From: a virus
Taxonomy: Duplodnaviria; Caudoviricetes
Reading direction: 5' to 3' (one strand)
Length of the DNA: 54,293 bases
Virus record (IMG/VR): IMGVR_UViG_3300037042_006698
Coordinates: 1-54,293 of that record
Below the pieces are notes generated by a model that did no database searches, was not told the origin of the DNA, and saw nothing but the letters and a program-made list of their open reading frames with translations. Both the position numbers and the translations under genes were made by a program. Below, one piece after another: positions 36,842 through 46,767 of this stretch; within the stretch, counting starts at the first letter, position 1, and every line of letters begins with the position of its first letter.

Positions 36842-39246
36842 GGAGAATATCCCTGCTCTTGAACCTTCGCCGTGGCGATCTTCCAGAGGTTGGCAACGAA
36901 ACGCTGACCATCGCGAGTTGCAATGGCGGTGTTGGCGGAGAGCTGCTGAGCAGTTTCAACAATGTCCTGGGGCTTGAACTGACCGAGTAGCATTGCCGTC
37001 TGTTCAGGTCCGATTTCGGAAATGACGCCAATCGCGAAAGTTTCCGGACTTAGAACCTTGTTCGCTACCGCCCCTTCAAGTTTTTCAAAGAACTCGATAA
37101 TCAACGCGCCCGTGTCTCCTGCCGTCTTTTCGGAAGGAGCCTGTGACGATGTCGTGTCCGATGAACTGGCCATCGAAGGACTGCCGACTACGGCGAGCTG
37201 TGACTCCACGCTGCCTGGCGCCTGCATGGTCGATTCTGAAGCCACCTGCGCTTGGAGCGGCGAGGCCATAACGGACGGTGTTGGGGCAAAAGGCACGGGG
37301 CTCGTCGGTGGCGAATACGCGGAGCCGAAGGGAGACGACATCGCTTCCCGTGAGGGAGGCGCGCTATTGGCCGATTGGGATACGGGGGCGGCTGGAGGTG
37401 CGTACCGTGCTTGACGGGAAACAGCCTGTTGCGCCTGAGGGGCCTGTGTTTGCGGCGCCGCAAGCTGCCTAACCTGGCGCTGTTGAATCTCCCGCGCCTG
37501 AGCCTGGCCCTGCTGCATTTGCTGCTGTTGGGCCATCTGCATCTGCTGCTGCTGGGCCATCTGCATCTGCTGCGCCTGAAGCATCGAGTCCGCCTGGTCC
37601 TTTCTGGCTTGCATGATTTTTTCAAGGACCTGTGGTGCGCTGTCAAACGCTTGGCGAGCGAGTCCGAGAAATTGTGCCATCGTAGAGTTCGACTCTCCTT
37701 CGGGCTTCTCGGAGGCTATCGAAGCGTCAACTAGGCCGAGTTCGGCGCCCATTTCACGAATCTCGCGGATGGCCGTCATCGGATCCTTGTGCTGCTTTGC
37801 CCGCTCCTGATCGAGGCGGTCACGCAAATCGGAGTTCTCGCGCCTTAGATCGGCTACCTCTGATCTGATTCGCTGCTCTTCGGCCTTGACCGCCTCGCGC
37901 TTCATTTCAGCCGACTCTCGGGCGAGTGTCGATTGAGCGCGCTCGCTTTGGCGGATGCTCTCGATCTCGCGAGCCGTCATGTCGCGGACGCTCTGAAGTT
38001 CACGATCAGTGGAGAGACGCAAATCTGCGATGCGCTGGTCAAACGTCTCTCGAAGCTGAGTGACCTCGGCCTGCTTCTGAGCTGTGATCTGGTCAATACG
38101 GTAACGGGAGTCCTCGCGAAGGCGCTCGCGCTCAAGAGTCTGAGCGGACTCGTAGTTGCGGCGCTCCTCGTCATTCCGACGCGTCATGTCCTCGACGATT
38201 CTTCGATGGTCCTTCGAAATGTCATCGAGCTTTTTGGAGTTCTCATCCATGATCCGCCGACGCTCCTCGTCTGCGCGGTCACGCACCTCTCGAAGCTGAG
38301 AAGCTGACTGGTCCTTCAACTCGGCGATTCGCGCGTCATACGACACGCGCATGTCGCTGACGACTTTGGTCTCGACAGCAAGGGTCGTCGCCGTCGCCTT
38401 TTGCTTCAGTTCGATGATCTCTTCTTGTAAGCGACGGATCTCAGCGTCTTTCTGGCTGACGTCGGACTGTGCTCCATTCTTGACTGCAATGAGTTCTTGC
38501 CGAATTCGATCCGCCTCGTCGCGCCAGAATTCAATCTGTGCGGTCTTCAAACCTTGGACGTCATCGACCATGCGCTTGGTCGTCTCGTAAAAGTTCGGCA
38601 CAAGGTCTCGTTGGATTCGATCCGCCTTTTCCTCGGCACGTTGCCGGTCAAGGTGCAGACGGTCTCGCTCACGAGCGTCGAGTTGCATGCGCTGGGTTTC
38701 AACCTGGGTGTTCACGTTGCCACTTCCGTCGGGGATTGAAATTGTTGAAGCGGAATCACCGCCGATGTTTGGATCGCCAGAAACCCGAAAGCGAACGTCC
38801 TTAGCGGTCTTGTAGTCGCTTAGCGTTCCTTCGTTCTGGGTGGTTGGCTTCATCACCAATACTTGGTAGACGCCGCCGCCAAAGCGCGACCGAAACTCCT
38901 CAAGGCTAATGCGGTCGTAAATCTCGCATAGAAAGCCTGCGGTCGAATGGCCGCGAAACGACTTGGGTTCAAACCGCGTAATCCGAAGCTTCCAGTCTCC
39001 CTTTCCGATTTCCGGAAACGAGTCGTAAAGGTCCTCAAGCGAAACCACGCTTGAAGACGAACGGTTCTTGTCCCTCGATGCGTCGCGGTCGCGATCCCGA
39101 GAAGGCTTTAGAGCAAACTCCGGATCCGGTTGAAACACTGGCGATTCGCCAACGTCGTCCCAAAGCGGCGCATCGGGTAGCACAAAGGACTGGGCTTCTT
39201 GCTGCCGTCCGAGTTCGGAGGCGGCATCATCTGAGGCTTGGGTCAT
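36838..39246 (-). CDS. large coiled-coil protein with a Gln/Pro-rich linker
   Basis: N-terminal globular part (RFGGGVYQV), roughly 300-aa E/R-rich coiled coil, QMQMAQQQ repeats, helical C-terminal domain. Confidence 0.85.
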   Translation of the reverse strand: MTQASDDAASELGRQQEAQSFVLPDAPLWDDVGESPVFQPDPEFALKPSRDRDRDASRDKNRSSSSVVSLEDLYDSFPEIGKGDWKLRITRFEPKSFRGHSTAGFLCEIYDRISLEEFRSRFGGGVYQVLVMKPTTQNEGTLSDYKTAKDVRFRVSGDPNIGGDSASTISIPDGSGNVNTQVETQRMQLDARERDRLHLDRQRAEEKADRIQRDLVPNFYETTKRMVDDVQGLKTAQIEFWRDEADRIRQELIAVKNGAQSDVSQKDAEIRRLQEEIIELKQKATATTLAVETKVVSDMRVSYDARIAELKDQSASQLREVRDRADEERRRIMDENSKKLDDISKDHRRIVEDMTRRNDEERRNYESAQTLERERLREDSRYRIDQITAQKQAEVTQLRETFDQRIADLRLSTDRELQSVRDMTAREIESIRQSERAQSTLARESAEMKREAVKAEEQRIRSEVADLRRENSDLRDRLDQERAKQHKDPMTAIREIREMGAELGLVDASIASEKPEGESNSTMAQFLGLARQAFDSAPQVLEKIMQARKDQADSMLQAQQMQMAQQQQMQMAQQQQMQQGQAQAREIQQRQVRQLAAPQTQAPQAQQAVSRQARYAPPAAPVSQSANSAPPSREAMSSPFGSAYSPPTSPVPFAPTPSVMASPLQAQVASESTMQAPGSVESQLAVVGSPSMASSSDTTSSQAPSEKTAGDTGALIIEFFEKLEGAVANKVLSPETFAIGVISEIGPEQTAMLLGQFKPQDIVETAQQLSANTAIATRDGQRFVANLWKIATAKVQEQGYSP

Positions 39247-39255
39247 GGTTGAACC

Positions 39256-39771
39256 TCAGATTGCAGCCGATTCGTATTCGTCTTCTTCTGCTTCCGCTTC
39301 CGATTCATCGTCGGATTCAGCTTCGTCGTCTTCATCCGTATCGGCCGTATTTTCGCTAACCCATTCGCGAACTCGCTCAACGAGAAGCATCGCCTCGCTT
39401 AGCCTCTGATCTGCATCTGAATTGATGCTTGCGCTGCTGTCGCGAATGAGGCGAACGAAAACTTCGCACGTCGCGGCCAGGCTTAAGATCATGTTTGCCT
39501 CGTCTTCGCCAAGAATAGGTGGCTCTGATCCAGCCTCCAGCGTGCTCAGGCGAGCATCCACATCTTGGAGACTGTCGCTGACGTATTGTCGGAACTGCAA
39601 AAAATAACCGACAAGGTCCTCCATCACGCTGAGGCCAGTATCGCTTAGCTCCGAAAGAACTTTCTTCGGCGTCGGCTCAGCAATCTTTCCCAGGCGTTCT
39701 CGCTGAAGGCGTACGTCGGCCCAAAGATTTGTAAGTGCATCCTGCTCAATCGAGTCAATTTGCTGGGTCAT
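39256..39771 (-). CDS. helical protein with an acidic tail
   Basis: C-terminal DTDEDDEAESDDESEAEAEEDEYE. Confidence 0.75.
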   Translation of the reverse strand: MTQQIDSIEQDALTNLWADVRLQRERLGKIAEPTPKKVLSELSDTGLSVMEDLVGYFLQFRQYVSDSLQDVDARLSTLEAGSEPPILGEDEANMILSLAATCEVFVRLIRDSSASINSDADQRLSEAMLLVERVREWVSENTADTDEDDEAESDDESEAEAEEDEYESAAI

Positions 39772-39820
39772 AGGTCTTTCAGTCGTTCGGGTGTTGTTCC
39801 AAAAGGTGCTGGCGGCGCGC

Positions 39821-40663
39821 TTACGCGAGCCGGAAAGGCTTTACAAGCTCAAGGTGGCGCTTGCTGTTCAACCGCGTTCGGTCGAAGCTTTCGAGGTACT
39901 TCTCAGTTGTCGCTGGGTCAACAGGGTTGCGGTAGTCGCAGGCATAAACTGCCTCGTCGCGCAAGGACATGTACGCACCGCCAACGCTGCGTCGTGCTGA
40001 GCAGTTGTAAAATCGAATCAGATGGCCATGCTCTTTCGGATTCGGAACGTCGTCATTCGCCATCACCTGACGCAGGAAATGTTTGCAGCGCTCGCGGCGC
40101 ATGCGGACAGCGACGTAAAATTCTTCCTCGCGCACTACCGCCACGCCAAACTTCCGCTCAACCCGCGATGGCTCGAATTCCCTGCGCTCACGCTCTTCGC
40201 CGGTTGACGCATGGAAACGCGACAAAACGTTGGCAAACATCGTGCTCTCACGAGCCTCCGCTGGCGTGAAGCGCTGACCAGATTTGCGCTCCCATCCTCG
40301 GGCTTCGACCTCGTCATCGAAAAGCTCAACAAACATCGTGTCGTCTTCCACGCAGACGACGGTGTCACGCGTGAAAGGATGAGCCGCCGCCAAATCATGA
40401 CGCTCGTCGGCGGGAACGGGCATGCCGTCTACCGGGCTTTCGACGAGAATCGATGTGATCGGCTGATACGCTTCGAAAATTTCCTCGCGCAACGAGACTT
40501 CCGCATCATCCGCTTTACCATCACGCTCTGTCACGCCTACCTCGCATTCATCTGCTGGCACGTCGCAGTCAAAACCGTCCGCCTCGGCGAGTGGTTCATC
40601 CTCAAGCTCTTTTCGGTCTTGTTCCACGGCGGCCAAGGTAGTGATGAAGCGCGACCGGCGCAA
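39821..40663 (-). CDS. hypothetical protein (start uncertain)
   Basis: Acidic N-terminus; C-terminal domain with Cys in RCKHF, NCSAR and ACDYR. Confidence 0.65.
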   Translation of the reverse strand: MRRSRFITTLAAVEQDRKELEDEPLAEADGFDCDVPADECEVGVTERDGKADDAEVSLREEIFEAYQPITSILVESPVDGMPVPADERHDLAAAHPFTRDTVVCVEDDTMFVELFDDEVEARGWERKSGQRFTPAEARESTMFANVLSRFHASTGEERERREFEPSRVERKFGVAVVREEEFYVAVRMRRERCKHFLRQVMANDDVPNPKEHGHLIRFYNCSARRSVGGAYMSLRDEAVYACDYRNPVDPATTEKYLESFDRTRLNSKRHLELVKPFRLA

Positions 40664-40998
40664 TCCTTGACAGAGTATGTCCTAAAAACGACTTTCATCG
40701 ACGACCGAAAAACGCGATCATCATGCTGTAATCGTTAACGTTTTCGCCGGAAAGCGGACACGATCGAAAATTCCCCTGTTGACCGACGATGGCCCAATCG
40801 TTCAGGCTGTCGATCCGCTCGGAAGGAATTCGCCTTCCGGCACGACAAAAAGCAGCGGGCGTTCGCTTCGACTCGAACGCCCGCTCGCGCATACAAGCGC
40901 AGGGAACTTTTGGACCCAACTGAAAGCTACCCTGCGCGAACAGCCACGTCAAGACAGTACAACGTATTGTCATGTAGTGTCACTTCGCAGGTCAGGGA

Positions 40999-42168
40999 AT
41001 GCCGAACAATCTTAGGTCAACGACCAGCAAGAGCGCACGCAAGCGCAAGCGGGGCGAGTCGGAAGAGGACTACGCAAAGCGCATTGCGCGAATTGAGTCA
41101 AAGCGACTCAGCGAAGCAAAGCGAAGGCAAAAAAGCTCATCGTCTAAAAGTCAAGACGATTCTTTGGGCGAGAAGCTTGGCGCTGATCATATCTTTTCTG
41201 AGCAGTCAACCTCAAAGACGTCTCCCGTTGTTGAGCGTTTTTTGGAGCAGCACTCTGCCGACCTGACAAGCGCGTCTGCCGAGGTCGAAAAATTGAGGCG
41301 ATTGCTCTCCGACGAGCGGCGCGAAAGGGAGCGCCTTCAGCGCGAAATTGCCATCCGCGACGAACTCGTAAACCACCGAAATGACGTGGCCGAGCAGTCG
41401 AATTCTGTAAAGTCCCTGTTTTTGAATCAATCAATTGAAATCATTGACCTTTCTTCGTCTCGTGGGCACGAGCATGCAGATCACGAAATCATTGACCTTT
41501 TTGCACATGATGGACAGGTGCCAGAAATCGTGTCCACAATTGCTCCTAACCATGCAAATTCTAAAGAACTTTCTGCCTCCCCTGGACACCTGGAAAGTGA
41601 CCCTACCTCTAAGAATATCTCCTTAAGAGATATTCTTAGAGGTAGGGCGACTCACCGGCCTGTTTGGGGCTCCGGCGAATCAGAGCGGGAGCGGCGGAGA
41701 GATCCGGAGCAAACAAAAAACGATGCGCGACCCGAACCAACGATGACGCTTGCGGAGGCAGCCGAGAAGCTGCTATGGGTTGGTTGGGTTGACCGTGCGC
41801 GCCGTGAATTTCCTTCCGATCCGCTTCTCGTTCGCTTCGGCGCTCGTGAGGAACGTGCGTGGTCGGATGTCGTCGCAAGCACCGCTGAGTTCGTCGGTTG
41901 CGACAACGTCAACGCCGTCTGCGACCCGATTCCGTTCGCCCTCGAACTGACGTGGACGCTGCGTTATGCGCTGGATTCGCTTCCAGCAGCAACGCCAGTC
42001 CTCGATGTTTGTTGGCGCTACATCTCGTCGTTCATGAAGCCTCAGCCTCGCTCACGCCTCGGCGTGTACGCTGGAACTGAAAAGCTTGAAGTTGTCAAGA
42101 GAAAGTTTGAGGCGGTTGAATTTGAGCTTTCGACGGGGATGCTCGTCATTCAGCGGGGGGACGTCTGA
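40999..42168 (+). CDS. putative replication initiator/organiser
   Basis: First gene of the rightward operon, coupled to a DnaB-like helicase (TGATG); contains internal direct repeats and a long palindrome in a low-complexity linker. Confidence 0.55.
   Translation: MPNNLRSTTSKSARKRKRGESEEDYAKRIARIESKRLSEAKRRQKSSSSKSQDDSLGEKLGADHIFSEQSTSKTSPVVERFLEQHSADLTSASAEVEKLRRLLSDERRERERLQREIAIRDELVNHRNDVAEQSNSVKSLFLNQSIEIIDLSSSRGHEHADHEIIDLFAHDGQVPEIVSTIAPNHANSKELSASPGHLESDPTSKNISLRDILRGRATHRPVWGSGESERERRRDPEQTKNDARPEPTMTLAEAAEKLLWVGWVDRARREFPSDPLLVRFGAREERAWSDVVASTAEFVGCDNVNAVCDPIPFALELTWTLRYALDSLPAATPVLDVCWRYISSFMKPQPRSRLGVYAGTEKLEVVKRKFEAVEFELSTGMLVIQRGDV
41437..41500. repeat. 16-bp direct repeat GAAATCATTGACCTTT x2 (iteron-like)
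   Basis: Copies at 41437-41452 and 41485-41500, 48 nt apart. Confidence 0.75.
41601..41647. repeat. perfect 21-bp inverted repeat, candidate replication origin element
   Basis: CCCTACCTCTAAGAATATCTC-CTTAA-GAGATATTCTTAGAGGTAGGG; AT-rich core. Confidence 0.9.
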
Positions 42169-43541
42169 TGTCCGAAGAGGCAGCTCCCGTCGCGCAGCCA
42201 AAAAGCCATCGCGACCTCCTGATGGCGAAGCAAAACGGCTTCGACGTGGAAGACTTCAAGCTCTTCCTTTGGCGTCGTGAAGAGGAGTTGATTCGTTCGG
42301 CAATTGCCTACCCTCAGCAGTACGCAAACAGTGGTCTTGAGGTAGGCCATTTCGAGGCACCCATGCACCGCGTGGCGTGGCAAGCGTTTGAGTCGCTTGT
42401 CACGACTTATCCGGAAATGGAAAAGCTCGATGGCGGCTCGTTCGTGAGCGAGATGCTTTCGGCTGCTCCTGACATCGCCGCCGGTGCGATGAACTGGATG
42501 CTGTCGCTTTTGAACGAGCTTCCGGTCAATCCTGAAATCGGAATTGATCAGATTGTTCGCGACTTATTTTACCACGCGAGGCTCCGCAATTGGTCCAGCG
42601 TGCAGAAGCGTTATTTTGCACGGATCGGAAAAGACACAAACCTCGCAGACCTACAGGCATCCATCGTCAGCACCTCGCGCGACGTCGTTTATGCCTACGA
42701 GGGCGAGGGGCGTGTATCGCCGCCTCTCTCATCGCTTGCTTGGGATGCTCGTGACCGAGACAAGATTAGCGTCGTAAAGACGGGCATTGATGCCATCGAC
42801 AGGGCGGCGGGCGGCGGCCACGGAAGAGGAGAGCTTCTCGTTTGGGGAGGTGGAACGAGCCATGGAAAGTCGTTCGCGATGCAGCGGCTACTGAGAAACC
42901 AGGCGGAGATGGGACAGAGCGCGCTCTACGTAAGTTGCGAGGACGCGCTTGAGCTTATGCAGTGTCGCATGCTGGCGGACTACTGCTCCGACATCTCGCC
43001 AAAAGACATACGTATGCGAGCGGCAGATCCGGAAAGGGTCGAGGCCGCGTTTGAAAAGATGCGCCAAGAGCTAGGCGACCGCGTGACCGTCGTTGAGCAC
43101 AAGAAGCCGACGGTGAGCCAAGTCTGCAACCTTGTTCGCTACTACAAGTACGCGCGGAAGGTTGACCTGGTCATCATTGACTACCTCCAAGCTATCAACG
43201 ATGACAACCCAAGCGGCCAGAAGACGATGGATACCGCGAACGTCATCGCGAAGCTGAAGAAGTGTTTTACGGAGTGCAAAGTGGCGGGCGTCGTGCTCAC
43301 GCAGTACGCACGTAACGAGTACCGCGAGGGCGAGGAGCCAAGCATCAACGCGGCGAAGTACGCAGGCGACATTGAGAATGAAGCCGAGGTTCTTGTCTTC
43401 ATGTGGAAGGACAAGGACGACACGCTGCACGTCAAGCTTCCGAAAGTGAAATGGAGCCGCGCAAAAGCCCTTCGCTACAAGATCCCCGTAAACCCGATCA
43501 CCGGTTGCCATGGAGTCTGGCAAGAAGATTTTGATGACTGA
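42168..43541 (+). CDS. dnaB: DnaB-like replicative helicase
   Basis: VKTGIDAID...GG...GELLVWGGGTSHGKS (Walker A), YVSCE, LVIIDYLQ, VLTQ, GDIENEAEVLVFM. Confidence 0.88.
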   Translation: MSEEAAPVAQPKSHRDLLMAKQNGFDVEDFKLFLWRREEELIRSAIAYPQQYANSGLEVGHFEAPMHRVAWQAFESLVTTYPEMEKLDGGSFVSEMLSAAPDIAAGAMNWMLSLLNELPVNPEIGIDQIVRDLFYHARLRNWSSVQKRYFARIGKDTNLADLQASIVSTSRDVVYAYEGEGRVSPPLSSLAWDARDRDKISVVKTGIDAIDRAAGGGHGRGELLVWGGGTSHGKSFAMQRLLRNQAEMGQSALYVSCEDALELMQCRMLADYCSDISPKDIRMRAADPERVEAAFEKMRQELGDRVTVVEHKKPTVSQVCNLVRYYKYARKVDLVIIDYLQAINDDNPSGQKTMDTANVIAKLKKCFTECKVAGVVLTQYARNEYREGEEPSINAAKYAGDIENEAEVLVFMWKDKDDTLHVKLPKVKWSRAKALRYKIPVNPITGCHGVWQEDFDD

Positions 43542-43549
43542 GGAGGAAC

Positions 43550-44614
43550 ATGAGAGAGCTGACGATCCACGAGGTTGCGAGAATGTTCAACAGGTCGGTT
43601 GATAGCATTGGCAAGAGGAGCCACTGCCCGATTCGCAAGCACAAGAGGGAGGACAAGACGTTCAAGATTTTTAGGACTTCTGAAGGATCGGTTCTTTGGA
43701 AGTGCTTCAGTTGCGACAAGCCAGACGACGCTGGCGACGCAGTAAAGCTCTACAGCCTGCTCGGAGGCGTCGATAGAAAGACCGCTTGGCTTGAGCTTAA
43801 AGACCAAGGGTTTGCCGTCCCAGGCGCGAAAGAAAGCGATCGACCAGCCAGTAGCGGAAGTCGCCCACCAATCCGAAAGATGGCGATGTCAGTTGAAGGT
43901 AGGCCTCTTGAGCCAAGATCCATACTTGCGATGCCTGAAGAGCGCTGGGATGAACTCAGCCTCCAGCGCCTTGGGGCGGTAGAAAGGTTCGCTCGCGACA
44001 GAGGGCTCGACGCAGCAGCCATTCGAAAACTCGATGTCGTCGATATGGGTTATGACGCCGTTGGCTTTGGATACCGGGATCCGGCGACTGGTAAACCCTG
44101 CCGCGTGAAGGCGCGCGCTCTCGACCGCAAGACTTTCTGGATTGAGCCCCGCGCAAGCAAGGGAGAGGATGGCGTCGCGCTGAGCCCGCTCTACATGGCA
44201 GACAAGTTAGAAGTCGCCCAAGGGATCCAGGGCGTGGCAGTGATCACCGAGGGAGAGGTCGATGCGCTCACGCTGAGGTACATGGGCATCCGCAACGTTG
44301 TGTCGCTACCTGATGGAAGCGGTTCTGCATCAAAGGTTGACCTGAAGCCTATCTGGTTTCGATCCGCGCTTGTACTGAGCGCAGTGGATTCTGATGACGA
44401 GGGCGATAGAGCCCACCGCGATCTGTATGCGAGGTGCGTTGCGATGCAGAAGCAGATTGCGCGAGTCAGGTGGCAGATCGGAAGCGGGCCGCTATTCAAG
44501 GACGCAAACGATGCGCTGAAGTCAGGTTGGAAGCGCGAGCAATTCGTCTTTTGCCTTCAGCAGTCTGCCAATGAACTCCGTGGATACGAGGTGAGCCTTG
44601 CAAGCGCATGCTGA
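43550..44614 (+). CDS. DNA primase (Zn finger plus TOPRIM, T7/Twinkle-like)
   Basis: CPIRKH...WKCFSC, ITEGEVDALT, VVSLPDG, AVDSDDEG, KDANDAL; GAGGAGG RBS. Confidence 0.9.
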   Translation: MRELTIHEVARMFNRSVDSIGKRSHCPIRKHKREDKTFKIFRTSEGSVLWKCFSCDKPDDAGDAVKLYSLLGGVDRKTAWLELKDQGFAVPGAKESDRPASSGSRPPIRKMAMSVEGRPLEPRSILAMPEERWDELSLQRLGAVERFARDRGLDAAAIRKLDVVDMGYDAVGFGYRDPATGKPCRVKARALDRKTFWIEPRASKGEDGVALSPLYMADKLEVAQGIQGVAVITEGEVDALTLRYMGIRNVVSLPDGSGSASKVDLKPIWFRSALVLSAVDSDDEGDRAHRDLYARCVAMQKQIARVRWQIGSGPLFKDANDALKSGWKREQFVFCLQQSANELRGYEVSLASAC

Positions 44615-45167
44615 ACCAGAACCGACAAAGCCCGTCTCGCAAGAAAACCTCGCTCAGGCGCGGCGAAGGAATCAACTCGCTAAAGAACTTGAGGAGGACT
44701 CAATGATTGTCTCTTCTGGTGCGAGGCTCATGAACCGCCCGCTCGATAACGCGAAAGCAAAATTCATCGAGGACTTTATAAAGGCGCGAGTCTTCGAACG
44801 TTTTCCTGTCATTGAATCCGACCTAGTCGATGAAGCCCAGGTTCGATGGGCGAGTGACCTCATCACCAAGCCACGAACGATTCTGGATGTTACGGCGTCA
44901 GAGGTTGAGGCCGCCTTTTTACAAGCAGGCGCCGAGGCTCCCGCCTCGTCTTCGATTATCGCGACGAAGATCCTTTCAAGCGACACCGGAGCATCTCGGG
45001 GAACGCTCGCTGACGCGACGAACTCCGAGCTTGAGGTACACCTTGTGCTCGGGCATATCGCGGCGCTTGGTTATCGATGGCCTCCCAGGATCACGATTGC
45101 AGTTGCTCGTCGAATCGCCATCGTACTTTTGAATCGTCACAAGTTTGAAGAAGGACAAGGACAATGA
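44598..45167 (+). CDS. hypothetical protein (start uncertain)
   Basis: Fills the operon gap; ATGA overlap with the next gene. Confidence 0.6.
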   Translation: MQAHAEPEPTKPVSQENLAQARRRNQLAKELEEDSMIVSSGARLMNRPLDNAKAKFIEDFIKARVFERFPVIESDLVDEAQVRWASDLITKPRTILDVTASEVEAAFLQAGAEAPASSSIIATKILSSDTGASRGTLADATNSELEVHLVLGHIAALGYRWPPRITIAVARRIAIVLLNRHKFEEGQGQ

Positions 45168-45583
45168 AACCAGCCACAAGCATCTACGTCGCCTCTGCAA
45201 CTGAGCAGCTCGTTCTTGTCGAGCATTATGTCGATCGCCTTAGAAGCGCTGGCTTCCTCATTACCTACGAATGGACCAAGGATGTTCGGGAGGGCGGCTT
45301 CAAACCGGACGTTGAACTTTCTGACGTTCAACGACGGTATGCCGCTCGAATGGACTCGCATGGCGTAAAGATGGCGGACATGGTTTGGGTTGTTACCCCA
45401 GCCACCAAGTCTCAAGGGTGCGGAATGTGGATCGAAATGGGAATGGCGTTGGCGCTCGGAAAGCGGATCATCGTAAGCGGGCCACTCGCCCGTCGAAGCG
45501 TCTTTGCTGAGCTTGCAGAGGCCGTGTACGACGACCACGAGCACGCCCTTGAACACATCTTCAAGAAAGCCGTCGCTGCGTGA
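45164..45583 (+). CDS. nucleoside 2-deoxyribosyltransferase / nucleotide N-hydrolase-like protein
   Basis: IYVAS, D..GVKMADMV, SQGCGMWIEMGMALALGKRII (E-x-G-x-A motif). Confidence 0.75.
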   Translation: MKPATSIYVASATEQLVLVEHYVDRLRSAGFLITYEWTKDVREGGFKPDVELSDVQRRYAARMDSHGVKMADMVWVVTPATKSQGCGMWIEMGMALALGKRIIVSGPLARRSVFAELAEAVYDDHEHALEHIFKKAVAA

Positions 45584-46098
45584 GCTTCCCGCACCACAAG
45601 TCTTGGGCGGATGTCGGTGAGTTCATCAAGCAACGAGTTGAGGTTGCCAAAAACGAGCACGACCATACGGCCACCGAATGCGTTTACGCGCATTTCAGAA
45701 GGTGGGCGTTCTTGCGAGGTGAGGGGGCTGTATCAGCAGAGGTATTCGACGTTCGATTCTCCAAAGCGATGAAGCTTCAATCGTACAAAGACGGAGAATT
45801 TAGGTTTTATCCTGTTTTGCTGAAAGACCCTCCAACCAAAGATGACGACGACCTTGAGTTTCAGAAACCGAAGGGTCGAGTCGTTCGAGGTCAGGTCAGG
45901 ATCCTTCGAGCAATGCAGTTCCATGACAACGTCATTCAGGTCGGAACTGTCCTCGACTGGATGGAGTCGAGTGATTACGAGAAGCAAAACATCGAACGCA
46001 TGACGAAAGATGCTGGCAACCGAGCCATGTCGTGGCTCATTGTCGAGTTCAAGGGCACGCGCAGGTACGTGCCCGCGACCAATGTGGAGAGAGTCTAG
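45580..46098 (+). CDS. hypothetical protein
   Basis: GTGA overlap; N-terminal part weakly resembles a winged helix (VYAHFRRWA...FSKAM). Confidence 0.7.
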   Translation: MSFPHHKSWADVGEFIKQRVEVAKNEHDHTATECVYAHFRRWAFLRGEGAVSAEVFDVRFSKAMKLQSYKDGEFRFYPVLLKDPPTKDDDDLEFQKPKGRVVRGQVRILRAMQFHDNVIQVGTVLDWMESSDYEKQNIERMTKDAGNRAMSWLIVEFKGTRRYVPATNVERV

Positions 46099-46406
46099 TG
46101 AGCAAACGTCTCTGGAAAAAGGTTGCCAAGAATCGAAAGCGATCGGGAAAACGAGAACAAAAGATCGGAACCATTGAGCCTGTCGGAATGCGAGTAGGAC
46201 CCGAAGGCGGCGAGCTTTTGGTTACGAACTGCGCTTTTTGCGGTTACCCGACCACAGAGACATGGGTCCTCGTCACGGGAGAATCCGGCTGCGAGCTTTG
46301 CGTCATCGACGAGGACGAGGCGATATTTTGTCGGGTTTTAGAAAAGGTCGGTGACCAGGTCAAGATGCACCTGCTTGGCAAGCCCGGTCCGCACGTTGAA
46401 ACTTGA
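46098..46406 (+). CDS. small Cys-containing hypothetical protein
   Basis: GTG overlapping the upstream TAG; CAFCG and CELC pairs. Confidence 0.55.
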   Translation: MSKRLWKKVAKNRKRSGKREQKIGTIEPVGMRVGPEGGELLVTNCAFCGYPTTETWVLVTGESGCELCVIDEDEAIFCRVLEKVGDQVKMHLLGKPGPHVET

Positions 46407-46440
46407 CGCGAAACAATCCCCGCTGATAATTCGCGGGACC

Positions 46441-46767
46441 ATGGCACGCCCCTTTTTTCTTTCGGAGCACGCTCGACATATGCTGTCCGACATTGCTCGA
46501 TGGTCCGACTCCAACGAGACTGAATGCCTGGAGCGATCGATTCGCAGCCTTTGGTATGCTGTAGTGCTACGAAATCGAGTCGTTGACGCGTGGGTCGGAA
46601 CGATGAAGCGGGTTCGAGCTATCATCGACCCGCCGACCCGACCCGACGCATTATCGAGGCTTCGTCGATCCATAGAGGTCGGAAGCCCATCCGCCTCCCC
46701 GGAGGGCGAAGCCGGTCCCCTTGGAGATGAGGCGCTTGGCGGCTGGTTCGTCACACTTGACGCATAG
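46441..46767 (+). CDS. hypothetical protein; 3' end overlaps the antisense FmdB-like gene
   Basis: MARPFFLSEHARHMLSDIARW...CLERSIR resembles a ribbon-helix-helix. Confidence 0.4.
   Translation: MARPFFLSEHARHMLSDIARWSDSNETECLERSIRSLWYAVVLRNRVVDAWVGTMKRVRAIIDPPTRPDALSRLRRSIEVGSPSASPEGEAGPLGDEALGGWFVTLDA

Noticed and set aside
36838-39246. Tail tape-measure or SMC protein
   Set aside because: No Walker motifs, no TM or aromatic periodicity, and no neighbouring tail genes
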